From: Roseibacillus sp. | Lineage (GTDB): Bacteria; Verrucomicrobiota; Verrucomicrobiia; Verrucomicrobiales; Akkermansiaceae | DNA length: 64,000 bases | Direction: 5' to 3' | Assembly (NCBI GenBank): GCA_965242925.1 | Contig: CBDEUM010000014.1 | Coordinates: 480,001-544,000 of the forward strand | In this document: piece after piece, positions 22,483 to 32,302 of the stretch | Numbering within the stretch: position 1 is the stretch's first letter | How the letters are laid out: each line of letters starts with the position of its first letter | Program-made: the position numbers and the translations under genes | Notes under the pieces: model-generated | Told to the model about the DNA's origin: nothing | The model's input: the letters and a program-made list of their open reading frames with translations, nothing else | Databases searched by the model: none

Positions 22483-24577
22483 CTACCAGCCCCCGCCGCC
22501 GCCGCCGCCGCCACCACCGCCGGATCCTCCCCCGCCACCACCACCGCCACCGGACGACGGTGCGCTGGCCGAGGAGGAAAGGGAACCGGTGAAACTGCCT
22601 CCCAGGTCACTCATGGCCCCGCTCAGGCTCCCCGAGGAACCCGCGTCCGAGTAATAGCTCGGGCTGTAACTGCTGTCTCCCGGGGCAACCCCCGCCGCCT
22701 GCAGGACGTCATCGAACTTCTCCGCCCACTGCTGTTCGCATCCAAGGGCGAGGGCATAGGGCAGAAAGCGCTCGAAGAGCTCCGGGGTCTTTTCCGGCGG
22801 GTTCTCCAGGTTGAGCCGCTCCTCCTCCGCTACGCTCAGGTAACGCCGGAACCCTTCAACCTGGTCCCTCACCCGTTGGCCCAGGTTCGTTGGGGCCTTG
22901 ATCAGGTGATAGAATACCTGGTTCAGGACCACCGCATAGAGCACGGCCCCCCCGACCCAGAAACTGGAGAGAACCGTCACCCCGACAAAACAGAACCCCC
23001 AGATCCCGAGAAAGAGCAGCAGCAGGAACAATCCCCCACATCCCCAATCCTTCCCCCGCTGCACTACAGAGAGCGCCACCTTGCTCACGAGGTAAACCGA
23101 TGTGAGGCTCAGGAAGAGCAGGGCGTTCAAGGTCGCCGTTGAGGGACCGGTGGCCAGGAGAAACACGAGGCCTCCCAGCAGGGAGAGGAGGAGGCCCGGC
23201 ACCCACCAGGCAAGGTTCCTGATGAAATGCACCTTCTCCACCTGGGAGGCAAGGAGCCGCTTGTGGGCCTCGAGAGCCCCCCCGATCCGGGCGTGATTGG
23301 ACTGCTTGAGCCTGAGGGATCTCGCCCCGAAGGATCCCGCCCCGAACAGTTTCTTGTGGAGACCCGTCTCGTCGGCGGTGAGAGGCTCCCCCGGGGAATC
23401 CCCCGTCCCGCTCATGTGGTTGATCATCTTGGCCAGGGCCCCTTTCCCGATGCCCTTGACGCGCAGGACGTCCTTAACCTTTTCGTAGGGGCGGGCCTCC
23501 CGGATATCTTCCGCCCGCCGCATCGAGATCCCCTTGAAGGCCTCGAGTTCCTTGACCTCTCCCTCGTTGAGAAGCTCCAGCAGTTCTCTCTCCTGGGCAG
23601 GCGTACGCGTCTTGGGATGGAGGACATACACCTTTCCGTCCTTCTCGATCGTGGCCTGCCCCTTGGCCGCCAACCCGACCACCCCGGCACTGAAGCACTT
23701 CTTGTCGTGGCCCATCTGGTCAATGTAACGCACCGCGGCGGCCGAGAGCCCCTCGGGAGGGCCATAGAGCGGAATGATGGTCCCCTTCGCCGGGTCCTTC
23801 CCCACCTTGATCCAGGCCACCAGGTAGTAAACGAAGGCCCCCGCCAGCAACACCAACCCCAGGGCGGCCAGGGGATGATCCCGGAAGAGCGATACCCGGG
23901 CCTCCTCGTAGGCCCGCTCCTCCAGCAGGCCGGGAGGCCATTCCAGCACCACCGACAGGTTTTCCTTCGGCCCGAACGGCCGGGTGGCCTCGATGGTGGC
24001 CCCGGTCCCGGTCAACTCGGCCTTGTAGTCCTGGCCCTTTGCCCCCCGCTTCCCGGTATAACCCCAGACCTTCGTCCCCCTGATTCCCTCCGGCAACACC
24101 ACCGTGGCGCTCACCTTGCCAGCGGGAAATCCCCACTCCGTGCCATTCACGTTCCAGTAAAGGGCGTCCCGGCCCTCCTCGAAGTAGAGCTGCCGCCCGG
24201 TCCGGTAGATGATCTCGTAGGTGTAGAAGCCAGGCTTCAAGAATGCGGACCTGCGCCCGATACGGATCCGGATCCCCCCTTGGCCGATCTCCGACGTCCG
24301 GTATTTCTCCTTTTTCCCGTCGCGCGTCACCCGGAGCACCCTGAAGGGCTTCTTCGTTTTGAGCCCGAACTTGGTCGCCTGCAGGCGCGGGATGTCCCGA
24401 TAGATCCCCCGCTTGATCTGGACCCCCGCGGCCCGGACCCTGATGGTCTCGGTCACCACCAGCTCTCCACCCCGCTCCACCACGATGTGGCTGTGGAAGG
24501 ACTCGATGCGTTCGGCCGCGAGGGCGAGCCGGGGCTGCCAGGGCCAGAAGAACCAAGGCAGCAAGAAAGCGGAACAT
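22483..24577 (-). CDS. DUF2207-type membrane protein, copy D, with HhH insertion; +1 frameshift in the signal peptide near 24530
   Basis: ATG at 24577 (MFRFLAALVLLALAAP) is out of frame with the body. GAGCCGGGG here versus GAGCGGGG in copy A. Confidence 0.82.
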
Positions 24578-24620
24578 CCTGCCGCCTTTCTATCTTCCGC
24601 CCTGCCAAAGGGCAATCTCT
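24578..24620. repeat. Conserved 43-bp spacer, copy 4
   Basis: Near-identical to 17722-17764. Confidence 0.95.
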
Positions 24621-27079
24621 CTACCAGCCGCCACCGCCGCCGCCGCCACCGCCACCGCCGGAGCCCCCGCCACCACCACCGCCGGAGGAAGGGGCCGAGG
24701 AGGAGGAGGCCAGCGAGGAGCTCAGCGAGCTCCCGATTGAGGACGCGAACGAGGATCCCAGTCCCGAGACCGAGCCGGTGTAGTAACTGGGGGTCCAGCC
24801 TGAACTGCCCGGGGACTGCCCTGCGGCGCGCAGGACGGCATCGAACTTTTGCGACCACTGCTGCTCACACCCGAGGGCCAGGGCGTAGGGCAGGAACTGC
24901 TCGAAGAGCTCCGGGGTCTTCTCCGGCGGGTTCTCCAGGTTGAGTCGTTCCTCTTCCGCCACGCTCAGGTAGTGCCGGAACCCTTCCACATGATCCAGGA
25001 CCTTGCGCCCGAGGGGGGTTGGCGCCTTGATCAGGTGATAGAAAATCAGGTTCAGCACCGCTGGGTAGAGGAGCGCCGTTCCCGCCCAAGGCCCGGAACC
25101 GAATACGACAAACACCGCCATACCAGCCCAGAGGAGGAACAGAGGAAGGCTCACTACTCCGTGAAGGATCGCAGACAACGTCCTGCCGTCCCGCCAGCGA
25201 GTCACCAGCTTCGAAAAGGAGAAGGAGCCCCACCAGGTTGATGCAACAGGAAAACAGGACCCAGTACCAGCCCCGTCTCCCAGGCTCCTACGGCGAGGCA
25301 GAGGACAAGGAATCCGACTGCCGTGATCAACACGCCCGGAAACCACCACCCCATGTTTCGTAGGAAGTGCGTCTTCCTAAGCTTGCGCGAGATCCTGAAC
25401 TCATGGGCCTTGCGAGCCCCCCTGATTTTCTTCCAGTTCTCATCCTCCAGGACGATTTTGCCGCTGCCCACCAGTTTATCGCAGAGGGCCCGCTCCTCAG
25501 GGGTGAGCGTGGAAGGCAGCGGGGGAGGGCCCCCGGAGGGCAGCGGGGGAGGCTTGGATCTCTTGCGAACCGTGTAGGTGCCTCCGCTCTCCTTGATGGT
25601 GACCACCCCCTTCGCGGCCAGGCCGAGGAGCCCGGCCGCCATGCAGGTCTCGTCGTATTTCATGCGGTCGAGATACCGCACCGCCCCGGGGGAATACCCG
25701 GCGGGAGGAGCGAACTGTGGAATGATCACCCCCTCCTTGGGATCCCTGCCCACCGCCACCCACGCGAGGAGGTAATACACCAGGGCCCCGGCGAAGAGCG
25801 CGAGGCTGAACACCACCCAGGGGTGGGCCTCCAGGAAGGAGTCTTCCTCGTAAGCGACGGGAGCCAGCCGTCCCGGCGGCCACTGGAGCTCCAGGGTCAG
25901 CTTCCCCCGCGCCTTTGTCGCGAACTTTGCTCCCCTCGGCGTGACCTCCGCCTGCGTCCCCGCTGGGACCCGGCCCAACGTGCCCTGGATCCCCTCCGGC
26001 AGTTCCACCGTGGCGCTGACCTTGTCCACTGGAAAGGTCCCTCCCCAGTCGCGCCCCTGCCATTTCAGCAGGTGGTTCAGTTTCCAACGGAGGACTTCCC
26101 GGTCCTTGAGGAGCAGGAGCTGCCGTCCCGTCCGGTAGGTGATCTCAACGGTGTGGACCCCCCACTCCACGAACTGCCCGGTATTCACTACCCCATCCCA
26201 GGAGGTATCTGAGTTGGCCTCCTTTCCGTTCAGCTTCACCTCCAGCACCTCCAGGGGCCTTTTCCTCTTCAAGCCCCACCGGACGTCTTTCTGGCGGGAA
26301 AACGGACGGAGGAACTGCCCCTCAAAGCGGGCCTCAATGCGTTCGGTGACCAGCAGGTCACCGCTTTTCTCGACCTTGATCAAACTGTCGAAGGACAGGA
26401 CCCGTTCGTGCTCGTAGGCCCGACGGTCCAGCAGCCCCGGCGGCCACTCCAGCATCACCGTCAGGTTCTCCTTCTCCCGGAACGGGCGGGTGGCCTCGAT
26501 GCTGGCCCCGGTCCCGGTCACCTCGGCGCTGTAGTCCTCGCCCTGTGCGCCGCGCCTCCCGGTGTAACCCCAGATCTTGGTCCCCTTGATGCCCTCCGGC
26601 AATTGCACCGTGGCGCTCACCTCGTCAATGGGGAATGGCCACTCCGTGCCATTGACGTTCCAGTAAAGGGCCTCCCGGCCCTCCTCGAGGTAGAGCTGCC
26701 GCCCGGTCCGGTAGGTGATCTCGTAGCTGTAGGTCCCGGGATCGAGGAACACCTTGGCGCGCCCGATGCGGATGCGGAGCCCATTCTTAATCCGTTCCCT
26801 CACGTAGTTTTCCTTCTTCCCGTCCCGCTTCACGGAGAGCACCGTAAAACGCTTCGTGGACCGCAGGCCCCCTTTGCCTTCCCGCTGGACAGGCAGGTCA
26901 CGGAAGATCCCCCGCTTGATCTCCTTCCCCTCGGCCCGGACCGTGATGGTCTCGGTCACCAGCAGGTCCCCGCTCTTCTCCACCACGATCTCGCTGTGCC
27001 AGGACAGGAAGCGCTCGTCCGCCAAGGCAACCGACGTGGCCAGGACCACGGAAACCAGGACAGCAGGAAGGCGGATCAT
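24621..27079 (-). CDS. DUF2207-type membrane protein, copy E, two ectodomains; frameshifted at about 25215-25275
   Basis: ORF 25202-27079 gives the N-terminal part and ORF 24621-25349 gives IKAPT..LPYALALG..poly-Gly-W. Confidence 0.8.
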
Positions 27080-27144
27080 CCTTTCACCCTACGCAACCTC
27101 GCTCGCAAAACATCAATCTTTTCCCAGCCGCCGCGATTGGACCG

Positions 27145-28443
27145 TCAACACGACGCATTCAAGGCCTCATGGAAGCGTCCATTCACCTGCAGGGTGGATC
27201 CGGTTCCCGGCCCCGCAAGATCTCCCCCGAACCCGGGGGAAGGCGTTCCCGATTCCCGCCGGTTCGCCAGCACGGACTCGAATCGCTGGGACCAGTTCCC
27301 GGCGCACCCGAGGGCGACCGCATAGGGAAGAAGCTGGTCGTGATGCTCCGCGCTCATCTCCGGGGCGTAGACTTGAAACTTAGAATCCGACTTCCGTTCC
27401 CCACCCGTATACATCTGGAGACCTTCGATGTAGTCCTGCGCCATGCGCCCCTTCCGCGAGTAGCGCTTCAGGAGGTTTGCCCCACGAGCATTCAGCACGT
27501 AGCCGAACAGCATCCACCCGGCGACCCGCAAGAATCCTGCACCGGTATACAGATCGAGCGTCACTTTCACGAGCATGACCCCGAAGGCCACCCCGAGAAA
27601 ACCAAGGCCAAGACCGGGTTCCATGTCCCGTCGTCGCAGCATGATGACACTCCCGTGGAGAAAGAAGATCACCAGGGCCCAGAATAAAGCAACCATCCCC
27701 CCAAATACTGCCCTTACCAGCAACACCATCTCCGCCACGTTGCTGGCGATTCTACTTTCGAGCACCACAGGGTCCATGTTGAGAAGCCCCGCTCCGAAAA
27801 GGGAAATCAACACCCCGATCCAAACCCACCACCGGTTATGCGTCCGGTAGCCCTCGCCTCGTTTCAGTTGCTCGTCCAGCTGCCTCCGCAAGCCCGCTTC
27901 AGCCGCCCTTAAAAAGGTCATATGTTCGCTATGCCCCAGGGTGAGCCTCCCACGCGGCGCATCATTGAGACCCAGGCTGGGGACGTGAAACAGGGCGTTG
28001 TAGACGATCTCTTCATCCGGCAGGAGCTCTACGGTTCCCACTCCCCGGTCGTGAAGCAGAAAGGTGCTTCCATTCTGCTCGATGGTCACGACCCCCTTTC
28101 CCGCCAACCCCACCACCACCGTGGTAAAACACCCATCGTCATACCCGATCGGGCAATCCTCGATACTCCAGAGATAGCGCAGGGCGGCGGGGGAATATCC
28201 CGCCGGGGGTTCATGTTTCGGCCCCCCGGCCGCCTTGTGGCGATCCCAGCCCACCAGCAGCCAGGCCACAAGGTAGAACCCCATCGCGCCGAGGAGGATG
28301 ACCTCGCCCATGACGAAGGGGGAGTGTTCTCCCCAGAGGGACTCGAGTCCCCCGGGAAGAGCAGAAGCAGTTGTCCCCATGAGGCTCTCCGCCGGGTGAG
28401 CGGACGAAGCGGAAAGAACAGGGACAAACGGTAAACAGGACAT
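27145..28443 (-). CDS. DUF2207-type protein, copy F, lacking the ectodomain and poly-Gly tail
   Basis: YLVAWLLVGWD, PPAGYSPAALRY, GLAGKG, IEGLQMY, LLPYAVALG. Start position is uncertain. Confidence 0.75.
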   Translation of the reverse strand: MSCLPFVPVLSASSAHPAESLMGTTASALPGGLESLWGEHSPFVMGEVILLGAMGFYLVAWLLVGWDRHKAAGGPKHEPPAGYSPAALRYLWSIEDCPIGYDDGCFTTVVVGLAGKGVVTIEQNGSTFLLHDRGVGTVELLPDEEIVYNALFHVPSLGLNDAPRGRLTLGHSEHMTFLRAAEAGLRRQLDEQLKRGEGYRTHNRWWVWIGVLISLFGAGLLNMDPVVLESRIASNVAEMVLLVRAVFGGMVALFWALVIFFLHGSVIMLRRRDMEPGLGLGFLGVAFGVMLVKVTLDLYTGAGFLRVAGWMLFGYVLNARGANLLKRYSRKGRMAQDYIEGLQMYTGGERKSDSKFQVYAPEMSAEHHDQLLPYAVALGCAGNWSQRFESVLANRRESGTPSPGFGGDLAGPGTGSTLQVNGRFHEALNASC

Positions 28444-28463
28444 CGCTTCTCACTAATACGGTC

Positions 28464-29036
28464 TCATCCACCCTTCAGGGCCGTGGCAAGATCGGGGGGC
28501 AGGCGCTCACTGGCGGTTTCCACCTCGAAAAAATCCCCGACCTCAAAGCCAAACCGGCCTGCCACCAGGTTGGAGGGAAAGGACTCGATCGCGTTATTGA
28601 GATCGCGCACCGAGCCGTTGTAGTAGCGCCGGGCATACTGGATCTGATCCTCGATTTCGACCAGGTCCCCCATCAATCCGCGAAACGACTTGTCAGCCTT
28701 CAAGTCCGGATACGCCTCCGCCAGCGCCACGATTTTGCCCAGGTCCCGGCCCAGGACCTTCTCCGCTCCCCCCACTTCGCCTGCTCCCCTCGCAGCCTGG
28801 GCCTCCGTTCTCTCCCGCACCACCGCCTCCAGGAGCCCCCCCTCGTGACTCTGGTAGCCCTTGACGCATTCCACCAGGGCGGGGACGAGCTCGTGCCTCC
28901 GCTTGAGCTGCACCTCGATTCCGCTCCAGCCTTCCCGCATCTGGTTCCGGGCCTTCACCAGCTTGTTGTAAATCAGGATGACGGCGGCCACGAAGATGAC
29001 CACCGCCATGCCGAGGGAGATTAGAACGGTTTCCAT
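28464..29036 (-). CDS. lemA: LemA family protein
   Basis: N-terminal TM, YNKLV..WSGIEVQLKRRHELVP, AEAYPDLKA, ARRYYN..FPSNLVA. Confidence 0.95.
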   Translation of the reverse strand: METVLISLGMAVVIFVAAVILIYNKLVKARNQMREGWSGIEVQLKRRHELVPALVECVKGYQSHEGGLLEAVVRERTEAQAARGAGEVGGAEKVLGRDLGKIVALAEAYPDLKADKSFRGLMGDLVEIEDQIQYARRYYNGSVRDLNNAIESFPSNLVAGRFGFEVGDFFEVETASERLPPDLATALKGG

Positions 29037-29107
29037 CCAAGCAGGAGGCCCAGTCTGCACCGCAACTTTGGCATTTCGAAATGCCAAAATAGGATTTAAA
29101 CCTAGTC

Positions 29108-29905
29108 GTGGTCTATTTCCGCCTTCTCGGCCGACTCGCCCTGAGGTTCTTCCTCTACCTCGGCGAGCTGGCTGGCCTTATCGGGCAGGTCTGCGAATCG
29201 CTCCTGCGCGGTCGGAAGCGGTGGCGCCAGTTCTTTGAACAGATCGTGGAGATCGGTTACCGGTCCCAGATCGTGGTGGTCATCACCGGCGGGTTCACCG
29301 GCGCGGTCCTGGCCGTGCAGGCTCTTTTCCAGTTCGCCCTGGTCGACATGGAAACGATGGGGGGAGTGATCGTCAGCGTCGGGATGATGCGGGAGCTGGG
29401 ACCAACCATCACGGGACTGATGCTGGCCGGCCGGGTGGGTTCCTCCATGGCGGCTGAGATCGGCACCATGAAAGTGACCGAGCAGATCGACTCCCTCCGC
29501 TCCATGGGCGTGCATCCCATCGACTACCTCGTCACCCCCCGCCTGCTTGCCATGTCTGTCTCCATCCCGCTCCTGATCGCCCAGTCGATCGCCTTCGGGA
29601 TCATCGCCTCCTACATGGTCGGAGTCCACCTCTTCAAGGTCCCGGGATCCTACTGGAACTTCAACGTGGAACGCTTCACCGACGGGACCGACATCGCCAT
29701 CGCCATGATAAAGGGCCTCGTCTTCGGCCTGCTCATCGTGATCATCTCCTGCCACCAGGGGTTGCGAGCCCGAAACGGGGCGGTGGGAGTGGGCCGGGGC
29801 ACCACTGACGCGATGGTCTTCTCCTCGCTCGCCATCCTGATCTTTAACCTGTTGCTCACCATGCTCATGCAGCTCATCTTCCCGGTCGGCATGACCATGA
29901 CCTAG
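29108..29905 (+). CDS. mlaE: MlaE-family ABC transporter permease
   Basis: RELGPTITGLMLAGRVGSSMAAEIGTMKVTEQIDSL..GVGRGTT. Confidence 0.92.
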   Translation: MVYFRLLGRLALRFFLYLGELAGLIGQVCESLLRGRKRWRQFFEQIVEIGYRSQIVVVITGGFTGAVLAVQALFQFALVDMETMGGVIVSVGMMRELGPTITGLMLAGRVGSSMAAEIGTMKVTEQIDSLRSMGVHPIDYLVTPRLLAMSVSIPLLIAQSIAFGIIASYMVGVHLFKVPGSYWNFNVERFTDGTDIAIAMIKGLVFGLLIVIISCHQGLRARNGAVGVGRGTTDAMVFSSLAILIFNLLLTMLMQLIFPVGMTMT

Positions 29906-30035
29906 AATTTCCCCGCGAACTGCTCCGGAAACGGGAAATCCGGCCCGGTCCGCCGAATGGGGCGATCGGAATAATGGGCCGAATCCAAGCCGTGTTTTGA
30001 CAGGTTCTCCCTGCCGGGATACCTTATTCCACGAG

Positions 30036-31181
30036 ATGAAGAGTGCTTCCAGAATTGCCGCCGTGGCCCTCACCGCGAGCATGGCCGTCCTCCAGCTTTC
30101 CTGCGGCGATGCCAGTAGCGACGGCAAGGAGGGGGGCTCAACCAAGGAGAACCCTGCCCCCAAGGTCGAGAAGAAGGCCCCCGCCCAACCCCCCAAGCTC
30201 GGGAGCAAGTCCGAAGAAGAGAGGACGAAGATCCTCACCCCCGCAGAGGAGGCCGCGCCACCCGGGGACCTGGAAAGCCATGTCGTCGGTTACTGGGCTC
30301 CCGATGCCGAGGCCATAATGAAGGAAATGGAGGAGAAGTTTAAGGATTCCCCCGATGAACTGGCTGCCTCCAAGGCCATGAAGGCGCCCATGATTAACGC
30401 ATTGGCGTTCGAGATTCCTGAGAAGGGAACGATGGTCATGCACATGATGGGGGATTCCCGGAGCATGTCCTACACCGTCAAAACCGTCGATGAGGCAACG
30501 AAGACGCTCACCGTGGAAATCACCGGCCCCGATGGGGAAACCGAATCGGGGTCTATCATCATCGGGGAAGACAAGCTCAGGCTCTCGAGTGGGGATGAGG
30601 AGGAGGATGGTCTCTCCCTGGTTCGCATCGACGAGGTAGCCTTCAAGAAGCGCCAGGTGGTCCTGCCCAACATCCTCGACCTGCCCGAGGGGCCCGTCAA
30701 AAAACCAGCCACCGAAAAACCAGCCACCCCCAAACCCCCCAAGCTCGTGAGCAAGTCCGAAGAAGAATGGAAGAAGATCCTCACCCCCGAACAATTCGCA
30801 ATCCTGCGCAAGCACGGAACCGAGCGCCCCTGGGGCAGGGCCTACGATGAGTTCAAGAAGCAGGGCGAGGGCGCTTATCACTGTGCCGGGTGCAATGCGG
30901 AACTCTTCTCCTCCAAGGAGAAATTCGACGCCCGCTGCGGGTGGCCCTCCTTCTTCGACACTTCCAAGCACGAGAACATCAAGACCGTGCGTGACGCCTC
31001 CTTCGGAACCGTCCGGGTGGAGGTGAGATGCAATGTCTGCGATGGGCACCTCGGACACATTTTCACCGGAGAGGGCTACGACACGCCCACCGACCAGCGC
31101 TACTGCATCAACGGCGAGGTGCTGAAGTTCGTCCCCAAGGCTGCGGCCGGGAACGGTGCTTCCAAGGGGAAGGACAAGTAA
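30036..31181 (+). CDS. msrB: Peptide-methionine (R)-S-oxide reductase, predicted lipoprotein with an extra N-terminal domain
   Basis: LQLSC lipobox-like site; CAGC/CNVC zinc ligands, CGWPSF, GHLGHIF, RYCIN. Confidence 0.9.
   Translation: MKSASRIAAVALTASMAVLQLSCGDASSDGKEGGSTKENPAPKVEKKAPAQPPKLGSKSEEERTKILTPAEEAAPPGDLESHVVGYWAPDAEAIMKEMEEKFKDSPDELAASKAMKAPMINALAFEIPEKGTMVMHMMGDSRSMSYTVKTVDEATKTLTVEITGPDGETESGSIIIGEDKLRLSSGDEEEDGLSLVRIDEVAFKKRQVVLPNILDLPEGPVKKPATEKPATPKPPKLVSKSEEEWKKILTPEQFAILRKHGTERPWGRAYDEFKKQGEGAYHCAGCNAELFSSKEKFDARCGWPSFFDTSKHENIKTVRDASFGTVRVEVRCNVCDGHLGHIFTGEGYDTPTDQRYCINGEVLKFVPKAAAGNGASKGKDK
30187..30789 (+). repeat. 57-bp direct repeats (30187-30243 and 30733-30789) within msrB
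   Basis: Encode PPKLGSKSEEERTKILTP and PPKLVSKSEEEWKKILTP; 4 mismatches by eye. Confidence 0.9.
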
Positions 31182-31199
31182 CCGTTTCCGGTCAACGGC

Positions 31200-31934
31200 A
31201 TGAGACCCGTGATGTGGAGAGTTCCCCTGCTGCTGTTCCTTGCTCTGACGACGCTGGCCTGTTCAGACCAGGCTGACGAGCGCATCCTGTCCTGGCACAG
31301 CAAGATCGTGGTGGAGAAGAGCGGGGACCTGGTGGTGACCGAGACCATCACGGTCCGGGCCGAGGGGAACCGGATCAAGCGGGGGATTTTCCGTGACATC
31401 CCGCGCCTGCGAGAGGGTCGGAAAGAAAAGAATCCCTTTGAAGTGCTCTCCGTTAAGCGGGACGGAAAGAAGGAGAACTACCGGACGGAGAAAATCGGCC
31501 AAGGCGGAATCCGCATCCGCATCGGACACGCCAAGGTGTTCCTCGACCCCGGGTCCTACACCTACGAGATCACCTATCGGACCGGGCGGCAGCTCTACTT
31601 TGAGGAGAAGCGGGATGCCCTCTACTGGAACGTCAATGGCACGGAGTGGGAATTCCCCGCTGACAAGGTGAGCGCCACGGTGGTGTTGCCGGAGGGCATC
31701 AAGGGGACCAAGGCCTGGAGCTATACCGGGACGCGCGGCGCACAGGGTGAGGACTACAGGGCCGAGGTGACGGAGACCGGGGCCACCATCGAGGCCACCC
31801 GGCCGTTCCGGGCCAGGGAGAATCTGACGGTGGTGCTGGAATGGCCCCCGGGACTGTTAGACGCCGCTGCCTACGAGAACCAGACGGGTCAGCGGGCCAA
31901 GGACGACCCCCCCTCCAAGGGACAGAAGCAGTAG
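31200..31934 (+). CDS. DUF2207 ectodomain-only predicted lipoprotein (copy G)
   Basis: LLLFLALTTLA-C lipobox, then ERILSWHS..LEWPPGLL and a stop with no TM region. Confidence 0.85.
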   Translation: MRPVMWRVPLLLFLALTTLACSDQADERILSWHSKIVVEKSGDLVVTETITVRAEGNRIKRGIFRDIPRLREGRKEKNPFEVLSVKRDGKKENYRTEKIGQGGIRIRIGHAKVFLDPGSYTYEITYRTGRQLYFEEKRDALYWNVNGTEWEFPADKVSATVVLPEGIKGTKAWSYTGTRGAQGEDYRAEVTETGATIEATRPFRARENLTVVLEWPPGLLDAAAYENQTGQRAKDDPPSKGQKQ

Positions 31935-32302
31935 TCTTGGGGCCCCTTGCTGAGCTTGCTTGACGAGGCAATGGCCGCGCTACGGTTCCGCCCGGATACC
32001 GGTGAGCCTTGAGCGCAAAAGGGCCATTGCGGACGCAGGCCCACCAATCCTACCCCAAAGTGACTACCCCGGCCCGGGTAAGACGACCGCGGTCATCCCG
32101 GAGACCCCTTGATTCCGTGTCTTTGAGAGCCTTCCTCCTCTCCACAGGGAAGGGAAGAATGCTTGCGAATCCGCTCTTCCGAAACAAAATCTAGGCCTCT
32201 CAGTTCCCCCCTTCCACCCTGAACGGTCCTACCACGCGTGAGCATCACTCCGCTGCTCCTCTGAATGTCGGCTCCCTCCTGGAGGAAGGCCTGCCGCCTG
32301 TC

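Noticed and set aside
17722..24620. 43-bp repeats as a CRISPR array or integron attC sites
   Set aside because: They are separated by 2-2.6 kb paralogous genes, there is no cas or integrase gene, and no attC core or long palindrome.
24578..24858. Upstream extension of the 791-aa ORF
   Set aside because: It is an artefact of the frameshift near 24530. The real start is 24577, as in the paralogs.
15820..31934. Diversity-generating retroelement or shufflon
   Set aside because: No reverse transcriptase or site-specific recombinase is in the window, and the differences are not obviously adenine-specific.
31935..32302. Possible structured ncRNA (several hairpins after TTGACG..TACGGT)
   Set aside because: No recognisable riboswitch, 6S or tRNA signature. 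An Infernal/Rfam scan would be needed.
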